The notes below the pieces were generated by a model. It was not told where the DNA came from, did no database searches, and was given only the letters and a program-made list of their open reading frames with translations. The position numbers and the translations under genes were made by a program. From the IMG/VR virus record IMGVR_UViG_3300044630_005137, positions 42,227-106,226 of that record: 64,000 bases of DNA, one strand, 5' to 3'. This stretch comes from a virus. Numbering within the stretch: position 1 is the stretch's first letter; each line of letters begins with the position of its first letter. Below are positions 1 to 10,143 of this stretch, piece after piece.

Positions 1-1
1 C

Positions 2-220
2 AATCAGGTCTCTACTATCAGTCTTGTGAAGGTTTAAAAACTCTGCTGATCTTCCTTCTGTGTACTTGCTATAACATGCTTGGTCATCTGTATCTCCAAG
101 ATAATCTACAACATCTGGTTTAAACCACTTCATGACTTTGAACCAAAGTGCTATCATCTTATCATCCTGATATGGAAATTGTTGGTCGGATGAAATCATC
201 CACTTTAAATCGTTAGTCAT
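2..220 (-). CDS. Calcineurin-like metallophosphoesterase, N-terminal part (runs off the window edge)
   Basis: My translation reads MTNDLKWMISSDQQFPYQDD...KPDVVDYLGDTDD, with the SD-x-[QH] and GD-xx-D metallophosphoesterase motifs. No stop before position 1. Confidence 0.7.
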   Translation of the reverse strand, partial: MTNDLKWMISSDQQFPYQDDKMIALWFKVMKWFKPDVVDYLGDTDDQACYSKYTEGRSAEFLNLHKTDSRDLI

Positions 221-239
221 TAAAACCCTTAATATATAT

Positions 240-265
240 ATTAAGCCACGATATCGTGGCTTAAT
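240..265. promoter_or_regulatory. Perfect 26-bp palindrome ATTAAGCCACGATATCGTGGCTTAAT (operator or leader hairpin)
   Basis: Read directly. Lies between the promoter at 275-302 and the ATG at 220. Confidence 0.6.
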
Positions 266-274
266 GTTATAGTA

Positions 275-302
275 ATTGTAACATATTGGTGCAGTGTGTC
301 AA
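275..302 (-). promoter_or_regulatory. Sigma70/SigA-type promoter TTGACA-16-TACAAT with extended TG
   Basis: Minus strand reads TTGACAcactgcaccaatatgtTACAAT. Confidence 0.7.
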
Positions 303-310
303 TAGCAATT

Positions 311-748
311 CTATGAAGATGAATCTGAAACAGGCTTTCTACCAGCGCTTAGCCAATGAAATTCAACTTTTCCAGCTATACCTGTACTAGAATAAACATG
401 CAGCGTTGTAGTTCCACCTGAAGTTCCAGTACCAGTAATAGAATACCTAAGATCATTTTTTGATGGGTCCTGAAATCTTGGTGTTGCAACTACAAATACT
501 GCTTCGTATTCTGGCTCCCACGCAAGTGGTATGTTTCTTGAGTTTGATTTACCCTTACCTATGCCATTGTCAAAGCTAACAAAGCCCGCTCTTAAGTGCA
601 TCACGGCAAGTTTTGAAACATCGCCTGCGGTAGCCTTACTCAAGTCATAAGACTCATCAGATCTCATCTTGATGGCATCTATCTGATTTTGTAGGTTCTC
701 TAATTTTTTTGGATCTACTGGCTCTCCGTCTGCAAACGTTTCACCCAT
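311..748 (-). CDS. Hypothetical tail-associated protein (probable start MGETF)
   Basis: ORF 311..775. The internal Met follows the upstream stop at 750. Last gene of the tail operon. Confidence 0.6.
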   Translation of the reverse strand: MGETFADGEPVDPKKLENLQNQIDAIKMRSDESYDLSKATAGDVSKLAVMHLRAGFVSFDNGIGKGKSNSRNIPLAWEPEYEAVFVVATPRFQDPSKNDLRYSITGTGTSGGTTTLHVYSSTGIAGKVEFHWLSAGRKPVSDSSS

Positions 749-749
749 A

Positions 750-938
750 TTATGAATCCCCCATCTTTGCTGCAATTTCTTCTGAATAAGAATCTAAAGC
801 TTTTTGCTTATCATCTGATTGATTAGATAGAACTGTTAGCTCTGCTCTTAGCATTGCAATTTGTAACTCATAATTAGCAGCAAGCTGGCCAATTCTTTCT
901 TGCATAGCAGATATTACTAGCTGAGATTTTTCTTCCAT
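750..938 (-). CDS. Small coiled-coil hypothetical protein
   Basis: 62-aa ORF with an AAGG RBS and a heptad pattern. Confidence 0.7.
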   Translation of the reverse strand: MEEKSQLVISAMQERIGQLAANYELQIAMLRAELTVLSNQSDDKQKALDSYSEEIAAKMGDS

Positions 939-947
939 TTGTTTACC

Positions 948-1166
948 TTATTCTGCGATTAATGTTAATTCTGCGGCGAGAACAACTAGCTTTGCATTTA
1001 TATCTGCAAGCTGTGTATTTAGATCAGCAATTGTTGTTGTGTTTGGTGTGGACACAGCATTTTCAACCTTCAAAGATACCTGAACATTATACTTTGCATA
1101 TTCTAGTGATCTTGAATGCTGATTTATTACTGCTTCTTTTTCTTCATTTGTTAATTCATATGTCAT
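948..1166 (-). CDS. Small coiled-coil hypothetical protein
   Basis: 72-aa ORF with a strong AAGGAGG RBS and TGGTATAAT upstream. Confidence 0.75.
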   Translation of the reverse strand: MTYELTNEEKEAVINQHSRSLEYAKYNVQVSLKVENAVSTPNTTTIADLNTQLADINAKLVVLAAELTLIAE

Positions 1167-1247
1167 TTTGTGCCTCCTTTCATATTATACCATTATCATA
1201 TACCATTTAGCAATATGATCAAAATTTAATTACAGATTAACTATTTA

Positions 1248-4200
1248 TTAAGATGGCCCTATTGCAGATGTGAAAGCCCCATTAGACCAGCCGCTAACCC
1301 CAGCAGAATTCCTTGCTCTAATAAACCAATAATATTGATTAGATATTGGAGCAGTAAATACTTCTGATGTGATAAGAGGCTGTCCAGGTTGTGGATAATC
1401 TATAGTCGCTGAGCTTGAAGGTTTTGTTGCACTTGTTCCCCAATACAACTCATAGCTAGTTGCTCCAGATACTGCATTCCAGGAAAGCTGTGTATTAGAA
1501 CCAGATAGGTAAGCTGTTAAACCTGTTGGAACTGCTGGTGTTGTAGACGGGAAGTGTGGTGGGAAGAACGGTGGGAAGTGTGGTGGGAAGAACGGTGGGA
1601 AGAACGGTGGGAAGTGTGGTGGGAAGAACGGTGGGAAGTGTGGTGGGAAGAACGGTGGGAAGAACGGTGGGAAGTGTGGTGGGAAGAACGGTGGGAAGTG
1701 TGGTGGGAAGAACGGTGGGAAGAACGGTGGGAAGTGTGGTGGGAAGAACGGTGGTGTATTTGCAGCTGTTGCAGTAATAGTATTTGTTGAAGAAACATAA
1801 GAAGATGTACCAGAAGAGTTAGTTGCTCTGGCAAAAGATCTGAATATATTTTCTGGCGAAATTGCATCATTTGATGTAATTGTATAAGAAGCAGATGTTG
1901 TTCCAGTTGCAACAACTGTACTTAAATCTGTTGGTATAGTAGGATAAAGCGCAGTTGTAATAATTGTTTCATACGAAGTTGGCGTTGGAGACCATCCAGA
2001 AGTTGCTGCGGATATAATACTTCCAACGGTTGATGTTCCAGTTAAAGTAACCGATCCTCCAGAAGGTATTGCCACTGTTGGATTTTGAACTGTAAACGTT
2101 GCAGTTGCTGTTCCGTTAGGAGAAATTCCATTTGATGCTGTTACAAAAAGTCTCCAGGAAAGTGCTGTGGTCCCTTGAGCTACAGTTGGAGAAAATGTAG
2201 ATCCTGTCGCAACTTCTTGCCAAGACCCATTGCTTAAAAATCTCTGCCAAGAATATGCATAAGTTATAGTTTGAGATCCACTCCATCCTGAAGTTGATGC
2301 AGTAAATGTTGTGGATCCGTATGTTCCGCTAGCTGGGCTAACCGATGCTGAGCCTCCAGTTGGTGCAAGTGCTGGGGGTACGTATGGCGTAGAGGTAATA
2401 ATATTTGAAGAATATGTTGGTGAGGTTCCACCTGAATTTGAAGCATATGCAAATGCAATAAACCGATCTGGAGTACCAGAAGCTTCAGAGTCTGTAATTG
2501 TATGTGAAACTTGAGTAGATGCAGACGAAGTGACTAGTGTGCTTGACTGTGTTGGGTTTGCACCAGTTGCCTTTCTTATTTCAATGTAAGATGAGGTTGG
2601 AGAATTTGTAAATGAAGAAGTTGCAGTTATTTGAGTACGTGCTTGAACTGTACCAGATGGAGAAATAGATACAGAACCTACTGGTGCAGATACTGGAGCA
2701 GAAACGGTTACGTCATTTGAATTAGCTGGTGTTGATCCCCCACCATTAATTGCTGTAACAACGCATCTTAATGTGTTTCCGTACAAGGAAACAAAATTTG
2801 CAGGTGGAGTATACGTACTTTGATTATTTGTGCCAGGTGCAGCTGGGTATATAACGCTTGTCTCCCTGTATCTCCATGAATACGTGTATCCAGTTGGGCT
2901 TCCACTCCATGAACCATTTGTCGTTGAGTATTGAGTAGAACCTGCAGTACCAGAACTAGGGGTTACCTCTGGTGCAGAAATAAGTGATGGTGCATTTACA
3001 AGACCAACAGTAATAGTATTTGAATCAACCGTTCCTTGATCATTTGATGCTCTTATAAAAACAGTATAGTCGTATCCAGCTGTTAATCCAGTAATTGTTG
3101 AAGGAGATGTTGTAACCTGTTTAGATGTAGGTCCTAAGATTGATGATGTTCTTAGGTAGTATATAACATCACTGCCTCCAGTATTTTTTGTTCCTCCGTA
3201 TATAATACTTGGAGTAAAAGTTGTTGCAATAGATGTTGAAGATGATTTTGTTGCAGTCAAAAGGCTAGGTGCTTCTGCTTTTGTGTTTATGTACGCTCCT
3301 GGTGCTGGTGAAACTTCACTAACAGAATATCCCTGTGCATTGTGTGCAAAAACTTTTGCCCTAATTGTATATGAATCTGGAAATGGGCCAGCCGTCATTG
3401 ATGTTGCTGCCCAAGTATCTGATAGAGTGTACCATGTACTTAAATCATAATCATAAGCATACTGAACCCTATAGTAATCTATCGCAGATCCTCCATTGTT
3501 TAATGGAGCTTCCCAGGATATAGATATCTGACCTTCACCATAACTTCTGAAAGCAACGTTTTGTATTGAAACATTTCTTGCTGGCCCAGGAGCAGTTAAT
3601 ATAACTTGTGTAGTTACTGATCCAGTTATTGAATCTCCAGGAGAAGATGAATTAAATGGTGTGATTCTATAGTAATATGTTGTATTACTAGGAAATGGTC
3701 CTACTGGTGTAAATGTTCTAGAAGATGTAAGTGTTGCAATTGTTCCATAATTTATAGTTGATCCATATTCAATTTCAACCGATGTTGTGTTTGCTCCAAA
3801 TACGACCCCAATAGACCAGCTTGATGTAGTTGAAGATGTTGTTATTGTTGGATCAGAAGGTTTATATTTAAGCACAGGAACAGATGTTGATGTATAAACT
3901 CCAGCGCTTGTTGCATAAATATTTCTTGCATAAACGATACCAGATAAGGTGTTTGATGTCTCGGTTAAAAAAGTGTAATCCCAATAGCTATTAGATATCC
4001 ACCCACTGTTAACATAGCTATTCGCACCTTGATTATTTACTTCATATTGAAAATAATATTCAGTTGGTAAATTCGTAAATGATGGAGCTGTAATTCTATA
4101 TGTAGATCCAGGACGCCCTGCAGGCCCCGCCTGTAAAGATAGTACTGCAGATACAGGAGTTGCTACTGGCGTTCTATCTGTTATGTCTAAAATAAATCCA

Positions 4201-5717
4201 TCTGAATATTCATCTCCTTCGTTATTGGTAGCTTTTATTTTTAGCTCATAAGATTTATTTGCCGTAAGTCCCGTAATTGTAGTTGGAGATGTTGTAATCA
4301 GTTTATTAAATTGGCCTGTGTCTGATGTGGCGTAAAGACGGTAGGTTGTTACAGACCCGCCATCTCCCTTATTGCCACCATAGTCCCACAGTGGGTCAAA
4401 GTATACAGAGATTGAGGTATTAGAAGCTTTTGTTGCATTAAGAATTACTGGTTTTTCCGCTTTAGTAGATGTAAGAATTTCGTTTGAAGTTACGCTTGTT
4501 AGGGTATAGCCAGCTGAGTTATGAGACCAAATCTTATGAGTAACAAAATACCCTCCATAATTTGCTGCATATGGGGAGCTAGTAATACTTGTATTTGGCC
4601 ATGTATCAGACAAAGTGTTCCATGTTACTCCGCCATAATTTCCAGAAGAATTAACGTAAGCATACTGAACTCTATAGTAATCAACTGCTTGAGGGTCTAA
4701 AAGTGGAGGGCTCCATGTTACAGTAATCTCTGCATTATTATAAGGTCTTCCCGAAGTTTGTGTTGCTACAACATTTCTTACTGGTCCTGGCAAAGAAACT
4801 CCTGTTGTAAAATCTACTCTCATAAAATCTTGTGTAGGATTGGCTGTTGATGACCAACCATCTTGACATATAACTGTAATTTCTGCAGTATACGTTACTC
4901 CAGTTTCTAAAAGAGTTGGTTCGTTTATAGTTATAGTTTGCTGATTAATTAACACATCATCGTCATATATAAGCTCATCAGTTTCATAATCATAAATTCT
5001 AATTGTTTGTTTAAATAAATCTTCAACTGGTGAATCTACAACATTTCCATCTAATGTCCAAGAAAACTTAGCTCCATATGAAGTCTCATTACTTACAGTA
5101 AATGTATTTATTATTGGGCCATGCGTCATTCTTGGCATTATTGCTTCTGTTATATATGTACCTTCAAGATTTTGTGCATTTGTTGCAACATGCTTAGTTC
5201 TATATGAGTATCCTTGCCTAACTCTTGATTTTGGTATAGTATATCTATTAGAGGCAAGTGGTGGGAATTGATCTAAACCATCTGAGGATAAGTATTCATC
5301 ATAATTTTTTATGTGTGTCTGTATCGCAGACCATGATCCGCCTGGAGGCTTTTCTTGTATTTGAATATTAAAGTTAATTGGCTCTTCCGCCCAGTATCCA
5401 CGAGTTGTATACAGCTTAGTATTTGGCTGGAGCATAGGGTTGTCTGGGTCTGTATTAACTGCAACAAGGTACGGGTATGGAACTAATGGTGCTGGTACAG
5501 ATAAGGAAGTAAATATTAAATCCCATAGTCCTGCGCCAGCATACCTCCAAGCAGTTTTTATTCTTAGCCAACCATCTACAATCCATGGATTTGAGCTCGA
5601 TGCAGAAGATATGGTATCCGAAATAGAAGCCTTTCTCCATATGCTTTGAATTTTGATCCAGCCATTAATATTATGAGAACCGTTATCTACTGCACTTGCT
5701 TTTCTCCACCAAGACAT
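1248..5717 (-). CDS. Large tail fibre/adhesin with multiple FN3/Ig-like domains and a (PPFF/PPHF)17 tract before a C-terminal FN3
   Basis: 1489 aa, Ser/Thr-rich. Repeated FN3 signatures (ITGLTA.K.Y..I.A.N, WEAP..GG..ID.YRVQY). Located in the tail module. Confidence 0.8.
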   Translation of the reverse strand: MSWWRKASAVDNGSHNINGWIKIQSIWRKASISDTISSASSSNPWIVDGWLRIKTAWRYAGAGLWDLIFTSLSVPAPLVPYPYLVAVNTDPDNPMLQPNTKLYTTRGYWAEEPINFNIQIQEKPPGGSWSAIQTHIKNYDEYLSSDGLDQFPPLASNRYTIPKSRVRQGYSYRTKHVATNAQNLEGTYITEAIMPRMTHGPIINTFTVSNETSYGAKFSWTLDGNVVDSPVEDLFKQTIRIYDYETDELIYDDDVLINQQTITINEPTLLETGVTYTAEITVICQDGWSSTANPTQDFMRVDFTTGVSLPGPVRNVVATQTSGRPYNNAEITVTWSPPLLDPQAVDYYRVQYAYVNSSGNYGGVTWNTLSDTWPNTSITSSPYAANYGGYFVTHKIWSHNSAGYTLTSVTSNEILTSTKAEKPVILNATKASNTSISVYFDPLWDYGGNKGDGGSVTTYRLYATSDTGQFNKLITTSPTTITGLTANKSYELKIKATNNEGDEYSDGFILDITDRTPVATPVSAVLSLQAGPAGRPGSTYRITAPSFTNLPTEYYFQYEVNNQGANSYVNSGWISNSYWDYTFLTETSNTLSGIVYARNIYATSAGVYTSTSVPVLKYKPSDPTITTSSTTSSWSIGVVFGANTTSVEIEYGSTINYGTIATLTSSRTFTPVGPFPSNTTYYYRITPFNSSSPGDSITGSVTTQVILTAPGPARNVSIQNVAFRSYGEGQISISWEAPLNNGGSAIDYYRVQYAYDYDLSTWYTLSDTWAATSMTAGPFPDSYTIRAKVFAHNAQGYSVSEVSPAPGAYINTKAEAPSLLTATKSSSTSIATTFTPSIIYGGTKNTGGSDVIYYLRTSSILGPTSKQVTTSPSTITGLTAGYDYTVFIRASNDQGTVDSNTITVGLVNAPSLISAPEVTPSSGTAGSTQYSTTNGSWSGSPTGYTYSWRYRETSVIYPAAPGTNNQSTYTPPANFVSLYGNTLRCVVTAINGGGSTPANSNDVTVSAPVSAPVGSVSISPSGTVQARTQITATSSFTNSPTSSYIEIRKATGANPTQSSTLVTSSASTQVSHTITDSEASGTPDRFIAFAYASNSGGTSPTYSSNIITSTPYVPPALAPTGGSASVSPASGTYGSTTFTASTSGWSGSQTITYAYSWQRFLSNGSWQEVATGSTFSPTVAQGTTALSWRLFVTASNGISPNGTATATFTVQNPTVAIPSGGSVTLTGTSTVGSIISAATSGWSPTPTSYETIITTALYPTIPTDLSTVVATGTTSASYTITSNDAISPENIFRSFARATNSSGTSSYVSSTNTITATAANTPPFFPPHFPPFFPPFFPPHFPPFFPPHFPPFFPPFFPPHFPPFFPPHFPPFFPPFFPPHFPPFFPPHFPSTTPAVPTGLTAYLSGSNTQLSWNAVSGATSYELYWGTSATKPSSSATIDYPQPGQPLITSEVFTAPISNQYYWFIRARNSAGVSGWSNGAFTSAIGPS
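1551..1754 (-). repeat. 17 x 12-bp tandem repeat encoding PPFF/PPHF, with a 60-bp higher-order period
   Basis: Plus-strand units GAAGAACGGTGG and GAAGTGTGGTGG. Lines 1561, 1621 and 1681 are identical. Confidence 0.95.
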
Positions 5718-8700
5718 TAAGCTTTCCTACTTAATACTATGTCTCCAACAGAAAACGCTTTAGTTCCTTGCTCTTTTCCAGGGAATGAAGGAATATCGCC
5801 TCTAGTTAGTGCGTTTCCAGGATAATTATTTCCAGCATAAAAGAATGCTCTGCCAACTGTCAATGTTCCGTCCGCAGCCTGTACTATTGTTGGATCTCCA
5901 GCAGTTCCATCTCCATTATCTTGGACATTCATCTTAATTCTAAATTTAGATATAGCTTCGGCACCTGGATTAAATGTTAATGTAGATCCATCATAAGTAA
6001 TCATTCCTCCTGCTAGTCTAAAAGACCCCGCTGGTTTTGTTATTCCGTTTACAGATGGCAACATTTTGCTTGCACCTAATATAAAATCATTTGAAAAACT
6101 TTCTCCTGTTCCTAAAAATATATTAGATGCAACTAAATCTGTTTGAACATTAAAGGTTCCATTTGGATTTTGTGTAGTAGGTGTTGCATAAGTTATTTTT
6201 CCTCCTGCTAATCTAAATGCTCCAGTAGAAGATATGTAATCAACGCCTCCTGGGTTTCCGCTTCCTTCACCAGGGTAAGTTGTGTTCCAAACTGCAGGGT
6301 CCATAAAATAATGATTTGATCCAACTATGTTTCCACCAATAATAGATCCCTGGAGGCCATCAAGTTTTACTTTTGGAGTAGCATTTGGATTTTCATCAGA
6401 GTCCATAAAAGACTGTATGGATGGTCCATTTATCTTCCATCCGCTAGTTATCTTTTTGCTTGTTGTATTATATAATCCAAAATACCCAGCGCGGGCTTGG
6501 ATTACTCCATATATTGTTGCTTCCTTTGCAATTAAAGAACCACCATATGTTACTGAGAAATTAGGACCAGGTGTTCCTGTTCTACTTCCGCCTGCCCAAA
6601 TAGCAATATCTGATAAAGTTGTTGTATTATAAAAGCCAATATCTTCTCCATTATTAATTGAATTAGCATCAATAGTCCATCCGCCGATGCTTCCCTTCTT
6701 GGCTATAATTCCGTTAATAGGATCTAGTTGTGCGTAAACACCATTTGTTGTATTTGTTACTTGGATACCAGCCCCAACTGTGGCTCCAAGGCTTTGTGAA
6801 GATAATGTTCCTACCTCTATCTTTCCACCTGTTGTACCAGGAACGGTAACTCTTAACTGACCAGCCACTAGAGTATCCTGTCCATTAACTTTAATGGTTC
6901 CACCAATATCCATTGATCCCAAAATACCAGATGAAGCTTTTATTGTTCCACTAAGCTCTGCATCTATAGCTTTGACTAGTCCGTTTGTATTAACTTCAAA
7001 ATTAGATCCAACTTTTATAGTTCCGCCTAAAACATTTATATTTCTTGCTATAACAGATCCATCTGGCTTTACAGAAAATTTTGCATCTTGATTAGCATTA
7101 ACAGAATATCCTCCAGGTACTCCTGCGCCCGCCCAAAAAGAATAAGTACCACTAGGAGATAAACCAGTAAATGTTCCAGCGACTGCTCCAACGTTTGCTA
7201 TAGCGTTACCAGTATTTTCAATTTTACTAGTAGATATAATCCAATCTGCTATCTTAGCTTTTTGTGTAATAAATGTAGCAGGCGTTAGGTTTGGATATGC
7301 AGGATCATACTTTCCAATAATTTGGGTTGTTGGATTTGTTCCATTTAAATCGTTATCGTCATACAAGAATAAACCACGTTTGTTTATTAACATTCTTGCT
7401 CCAGATAAAACTGGATCATCATTTTCATCTAGCGTTCCCGCAAATATAGAACCCTCTGTTTTTATCTTGATTGGATTTTCAATTAAAGAAAGTGCTCCTA
7501 CATCAATTGGGGTTACTGCATGTGCGATAGATAGTGCTGATATACCTTCTTCGCAATTCCATAGTCCCTTTACCCAAACTTCAGTACCAGCATTTAGGTC
7601 ATCATAAATTGCTACGGGGCTTGAATTTGAAGAGCCAACTTGTGAATATGTACCATTTTCAGATGAGCTTTGATAGATTATAATTCCAGTAGCAGCTGCA
7701 TTAAAATTTGAAGAAACAGTATATCCATTAGCTGCTGGAGTAACAGATATTGTTGTAATAATTCCAGTAAGTGGGTTTGGTTTTACTTGAGTTGCTATAT
7801 TAGATATGGCAACCTGTGTTGTATTTTCATTTCTATATATATCTAAATCAGTTACGTAGCCGCCTGAAAAAGAGCTTGGGCTTTCTCCGAAAGATTCAAT
7901 AAGTTTAGCTCTGGTAATTTTAACTGAGGTAGAAGCAGAAGCTGCTGCAGAAACTGGATACTCAAAGGATCTGGTTTTTGTTCCAGATGTTAGGTGCACC
8001 TTTACATATGATGGAAGATTAATTGCTGGCATAGTAAATGAAACATCTAGGTCTCTTACGTTCCATGCTGCTAATGGATTTATAACTGGGTCTGGTGGAA
8101 TGTCATCAAAAACTATCTGGTCGTAGGCTTTTGCCTCAACAATAGCCGAGTCAACAGACTGGCAACCAGAATCCGACAAATGATTTAATTTAACATATAC
8201 AGTATTCAATGTGTATAAAGTTATAGATGCTGGTCCAAAGCCTGTGTATCTACGAACCCAATTATATGGAGATGCTGTTTCTGAAACATAAACTCTAGTT
8301 TCTCTATATGTTCCAAGCTTGGTTGCTGGGTCTTGCCATGAAACAATTATTCCGCTATCAGCGCTTATAACAGTTGGTGTAGCTGTTGCAGATACACATA
8401 CTGGATCAGTATAAACTGGTATAACAAATGGGCAATCATCAGATGAACCGTCTCCATATATACTTGTTATCTTTCCAGTTATTGTTGTTTGAAATACTCC
8501 GCCAAAGTTAGCCATGTTATTTGCTTGGCTAAGCGTATAACTATATTCATTAACGCCAGATTTTGCAGCGAAAGGAATAAAGATTGGCTCTTCACCAGCT
8601 GCCGTTAAGGTAAGTTGAAAAAGTTTTATCCTGTTGTCACGAGTTACATTGTCTGCTAAAAATGGTTTCTCCCAGGAAACCTTTAAGTCTGCAGTTGCAT

Positions 8701-8923
8701 CATTCCATACTGCAACAACATTGATTGGGCATGTTCTTCTTGGTCCAGGAGTTCTAAAGTTAAACCTATCAGAAAATTCGCTTGTTCCAGAAGACTTGTC
8801 ACTAAATATCCATGCTATTTGAAGGGCGTAGTCAGTACTACAATCTAAGTCTGGGATTACAACATCCCAGTAATCTCCATCTTGCTTTTGAGTTATTCCT
8901 AGATCTTCATATTGTTCTGACAT
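5717..8923 (-). CDS. Minor tail protein / central tail fibre
   Basis: 1068 aa. N-terminal FN3-like segments, then phage-tail beta repeats (FSVKPDGSV.A, GSIGGWTI). Confidence 0.75.
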   Translation of the reverse strand: MSEQYEDLGITQKQDGDYWDVVIPDLDCSTDYALQIAWIFSDKSSGTSEFSDRFNFRTPGPRRTCPINVVAVWNDATADLKVSWEKPFLADNVTRDNRIKLFQLTLTAAGEEPIFIPFAAKSGVNEYSYTLSQANNMANFGGVFQTTITGKITSIYGDGSSDDCPFVIPVYTDPVCVSATATPTVISADSGIIVSWQDPATKLGTYRETRVYVSETASPYNWVRRYTGFGPASITLYTLNTVYVKLNHLSDSGCQSVDSAIVEAKAYDQIVFDDIPPDPVINPLAAWNVRDLDVSFTMPAINLPSYVKVHLTSGTKTRSFEYPVSAAASASTSVKITRAKLIESFGESPSSFSGGYVTDLDIYRNENTTQVAISNIATQVKPNPLTGIITTISVTPAANGYTVSSNFNAAATGIIIYQSSSENGTYSQVGSSNSSPVAIYDDLNAGTEVWVKGLWNCEEGISALSIAHAVTPIDVGALSLIENPIKIKTEGSIFAGTLDENDDPVLSGARMLINKRGLFLYDDNDLNGTNPTTQIIGKYDPAYPNLTPATFITQKAKIADWIISTSKIENTGNAIANVGAVAGTFTGLSPSGTYSFWAGAGVPGGYSVNANQDAKFSVKPDGSVIARNINVLGGTIKVGSNFEVNTNGLVKAIDAELSGTIKASSGILGSMDIGGTIKVNGQDTLVAGQLRVTVPGTTGGKIEVGTLSSQSLGATVGAGIQVTNTTNGVYAQLDPINGIIAKKGSIGGWTIDANSINNGEDIGFYNTTTLSDIAIWAGGSRTGTPGPNFSVTYGGSLIAKEATIYGVIQARAGYFGLYNTTSKKITSGWKINGPSIQSFMDSDENPNATPKVKLDGLQGSIIGGNIVGSNHYFMDPAVWNTTYPGEGSGNPGGVDYISSTGAFRLAGGKITYATPTTQNPNGTFNVQTDLVASNIFLGTGESFSNDFILGASKMLPSVNGITKPAGSFRLAGGMITYDGSTLTFNPGAEAISKFRIKMNVQDNGDGTAGDPTIVQAADGTLTVGRAFFYAGNNYPGNALTRGDIPSFPGKEQGTKAFSVGDIVLSRKA

Positions 8924-8924
8924 A

Positions 8925-9785
8925 CTAAACTCCGAACGATAGGTCTAGTTTAAATTCTATTGATGCTTCTCTTCCAATTACTTTGATCATGGTTGAATCT
9001 AAAATAGATCTAGCAATTAATCCGTATGCTGGATCAAAGGTGTCCTCATCATTGATTCTAAGACCATCCATTGATACAGATGTTTGAGCAGTTGTTGGTG
9101 TAACAACAATACCTAGCTTAACAACACTTTGTGGATTAAATGTTCCTGTTGATACTCCAGTAGACATATTTAAATTCTTTATATTATATCCAAGTGAATG
9201 TCCAGTAAATGTGAATTGCAAGTAATCCGTATCTGAGCTATACAACTTAACCTTTAATGATGAAAGATTTGCATCGTTTACCTTATAAGAAAATGATAAT
9301 GTATCTGATGGATTGTATCCAGATACATCCATTGTTCCAAGATCATATGTGTATTCTTTTGGCAACGCCGCATTTGATGTAAATATTAATGAGCTATCTC
9401 CAACTCTATAATCAGTTTGATCTAATGCTGGCTCTGGGCTCCATTTGTATGGCAATTCAAAATCAGACAAGAACTTGCTATCATATAAATTTCTTGTATA
9501 AGATTGCCCAGAGTATATTCCAATCTCATTAATTTTGCCTGCAATGTTTGTAGGAAGTGTAGCTGAATATATGACTGTATACTTTACTGGTGATACAGAT
9601 GTGTCTATATCTATTCCGCCTTGTCTAATTGGAACTCTATAAAATTCAAATCCTAATCTTGAGTTTGTATCAGATAAAGCATACTCGGCATTTGTTGAAA
9701 TTCCTAATGCCATCTCTTTTGAACTAAAAGAGGAATTGCCAGCAACAAAGTTGGTTAAGAATCTTTTTCCAAACTTAGTTATCAT
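8925..9785 (-). CDS. Minor tail / tail-tip protein
   Basis: 286 aa, MITKFGKRFL...EIGIY pattern typical of tail proteins. Position in the tail module. Confidence 0.65.
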   Translation of the reverse strand: MITKFGKRFLTNFVAGNSSFSSKEMALGISTNAEYALSDTNSRLGFEFYRVPIRQGGIDIDTSVSPVKYTVIYSATLPTNIAGKINEIGIYSGQSYTRNLYDSKFLSDFELPYKWSPEPALDQTDYRVGDSSLIFTSNAALPKEYTYDLGTMDVSGYNPSDTLSFSYKVNDANLSSLKVKLYSSDTDYLQFTFTGHSLGYNIKNLNMSTGVSTGTFNPQSVVKLGIVVTPTTAQTSVSMDGLRINDEDTFDPAYGLIARSILDSTMIKVIGREASIEFKLDLSFGV

Positions 9786-10120
9786 TCTGTTCCCCCTTGA
9801 GCATCTGCTATTGTTATTGCATAAAGGAAGCCATCTATTGCTTCTTCACTTGAATTATAAATTCTAAACTTTGCTTTTGCTCTTTGCATTCCAGATGAAT
9901 CTTCATACAACTCAAAACCTTTTAGAACTATGTCCGAAAGCTGTGGCCTTTTGCCTTCCTTTGGGTCTGGATCTCCACCGTTGTCGCCCTCTGAATTTCC
10001 AGTTGAAAATGGAAATGGCCTGGAAAGTGTTCTTGTTTCTCCGACCTTACCCTTCCATACTGTAGCAAGGCGTGGGTCATCGTCAAATATGACCGCAATT
10101 TTTCCTACTTCAATTCCCAT
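9782..10120 (-). CDS. Hypothetical tail-region protein (leaderless start)
   Basis: 112 aa. TGGTATAAT lies 6 nt before the ATG. Confidence 0.65.
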   Translation of the reverse strand: MGIEVGKIAVIFDDDPRLATVWKGKVGETRTLSRPFPFSTGNSEGDNGGDPDPKEGKRPQLSDIVLKGFELYEDSSGMQRAKAKFRIYNSSEEAIDGFLYAITIADAQGGTE

Positions 10121-10143
10121 TTATTTATTATACCATTACGTTA

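Noticed and set aside
1517-1915. Alternative-frame ORFs (HRSSH, WEERW, VGRT repeats), also at 44077-44593
   Set aside because: They are by-products of a stop-free 12-bp repeat. They have no RBS, and the PPxF frame is continuous with real genes.
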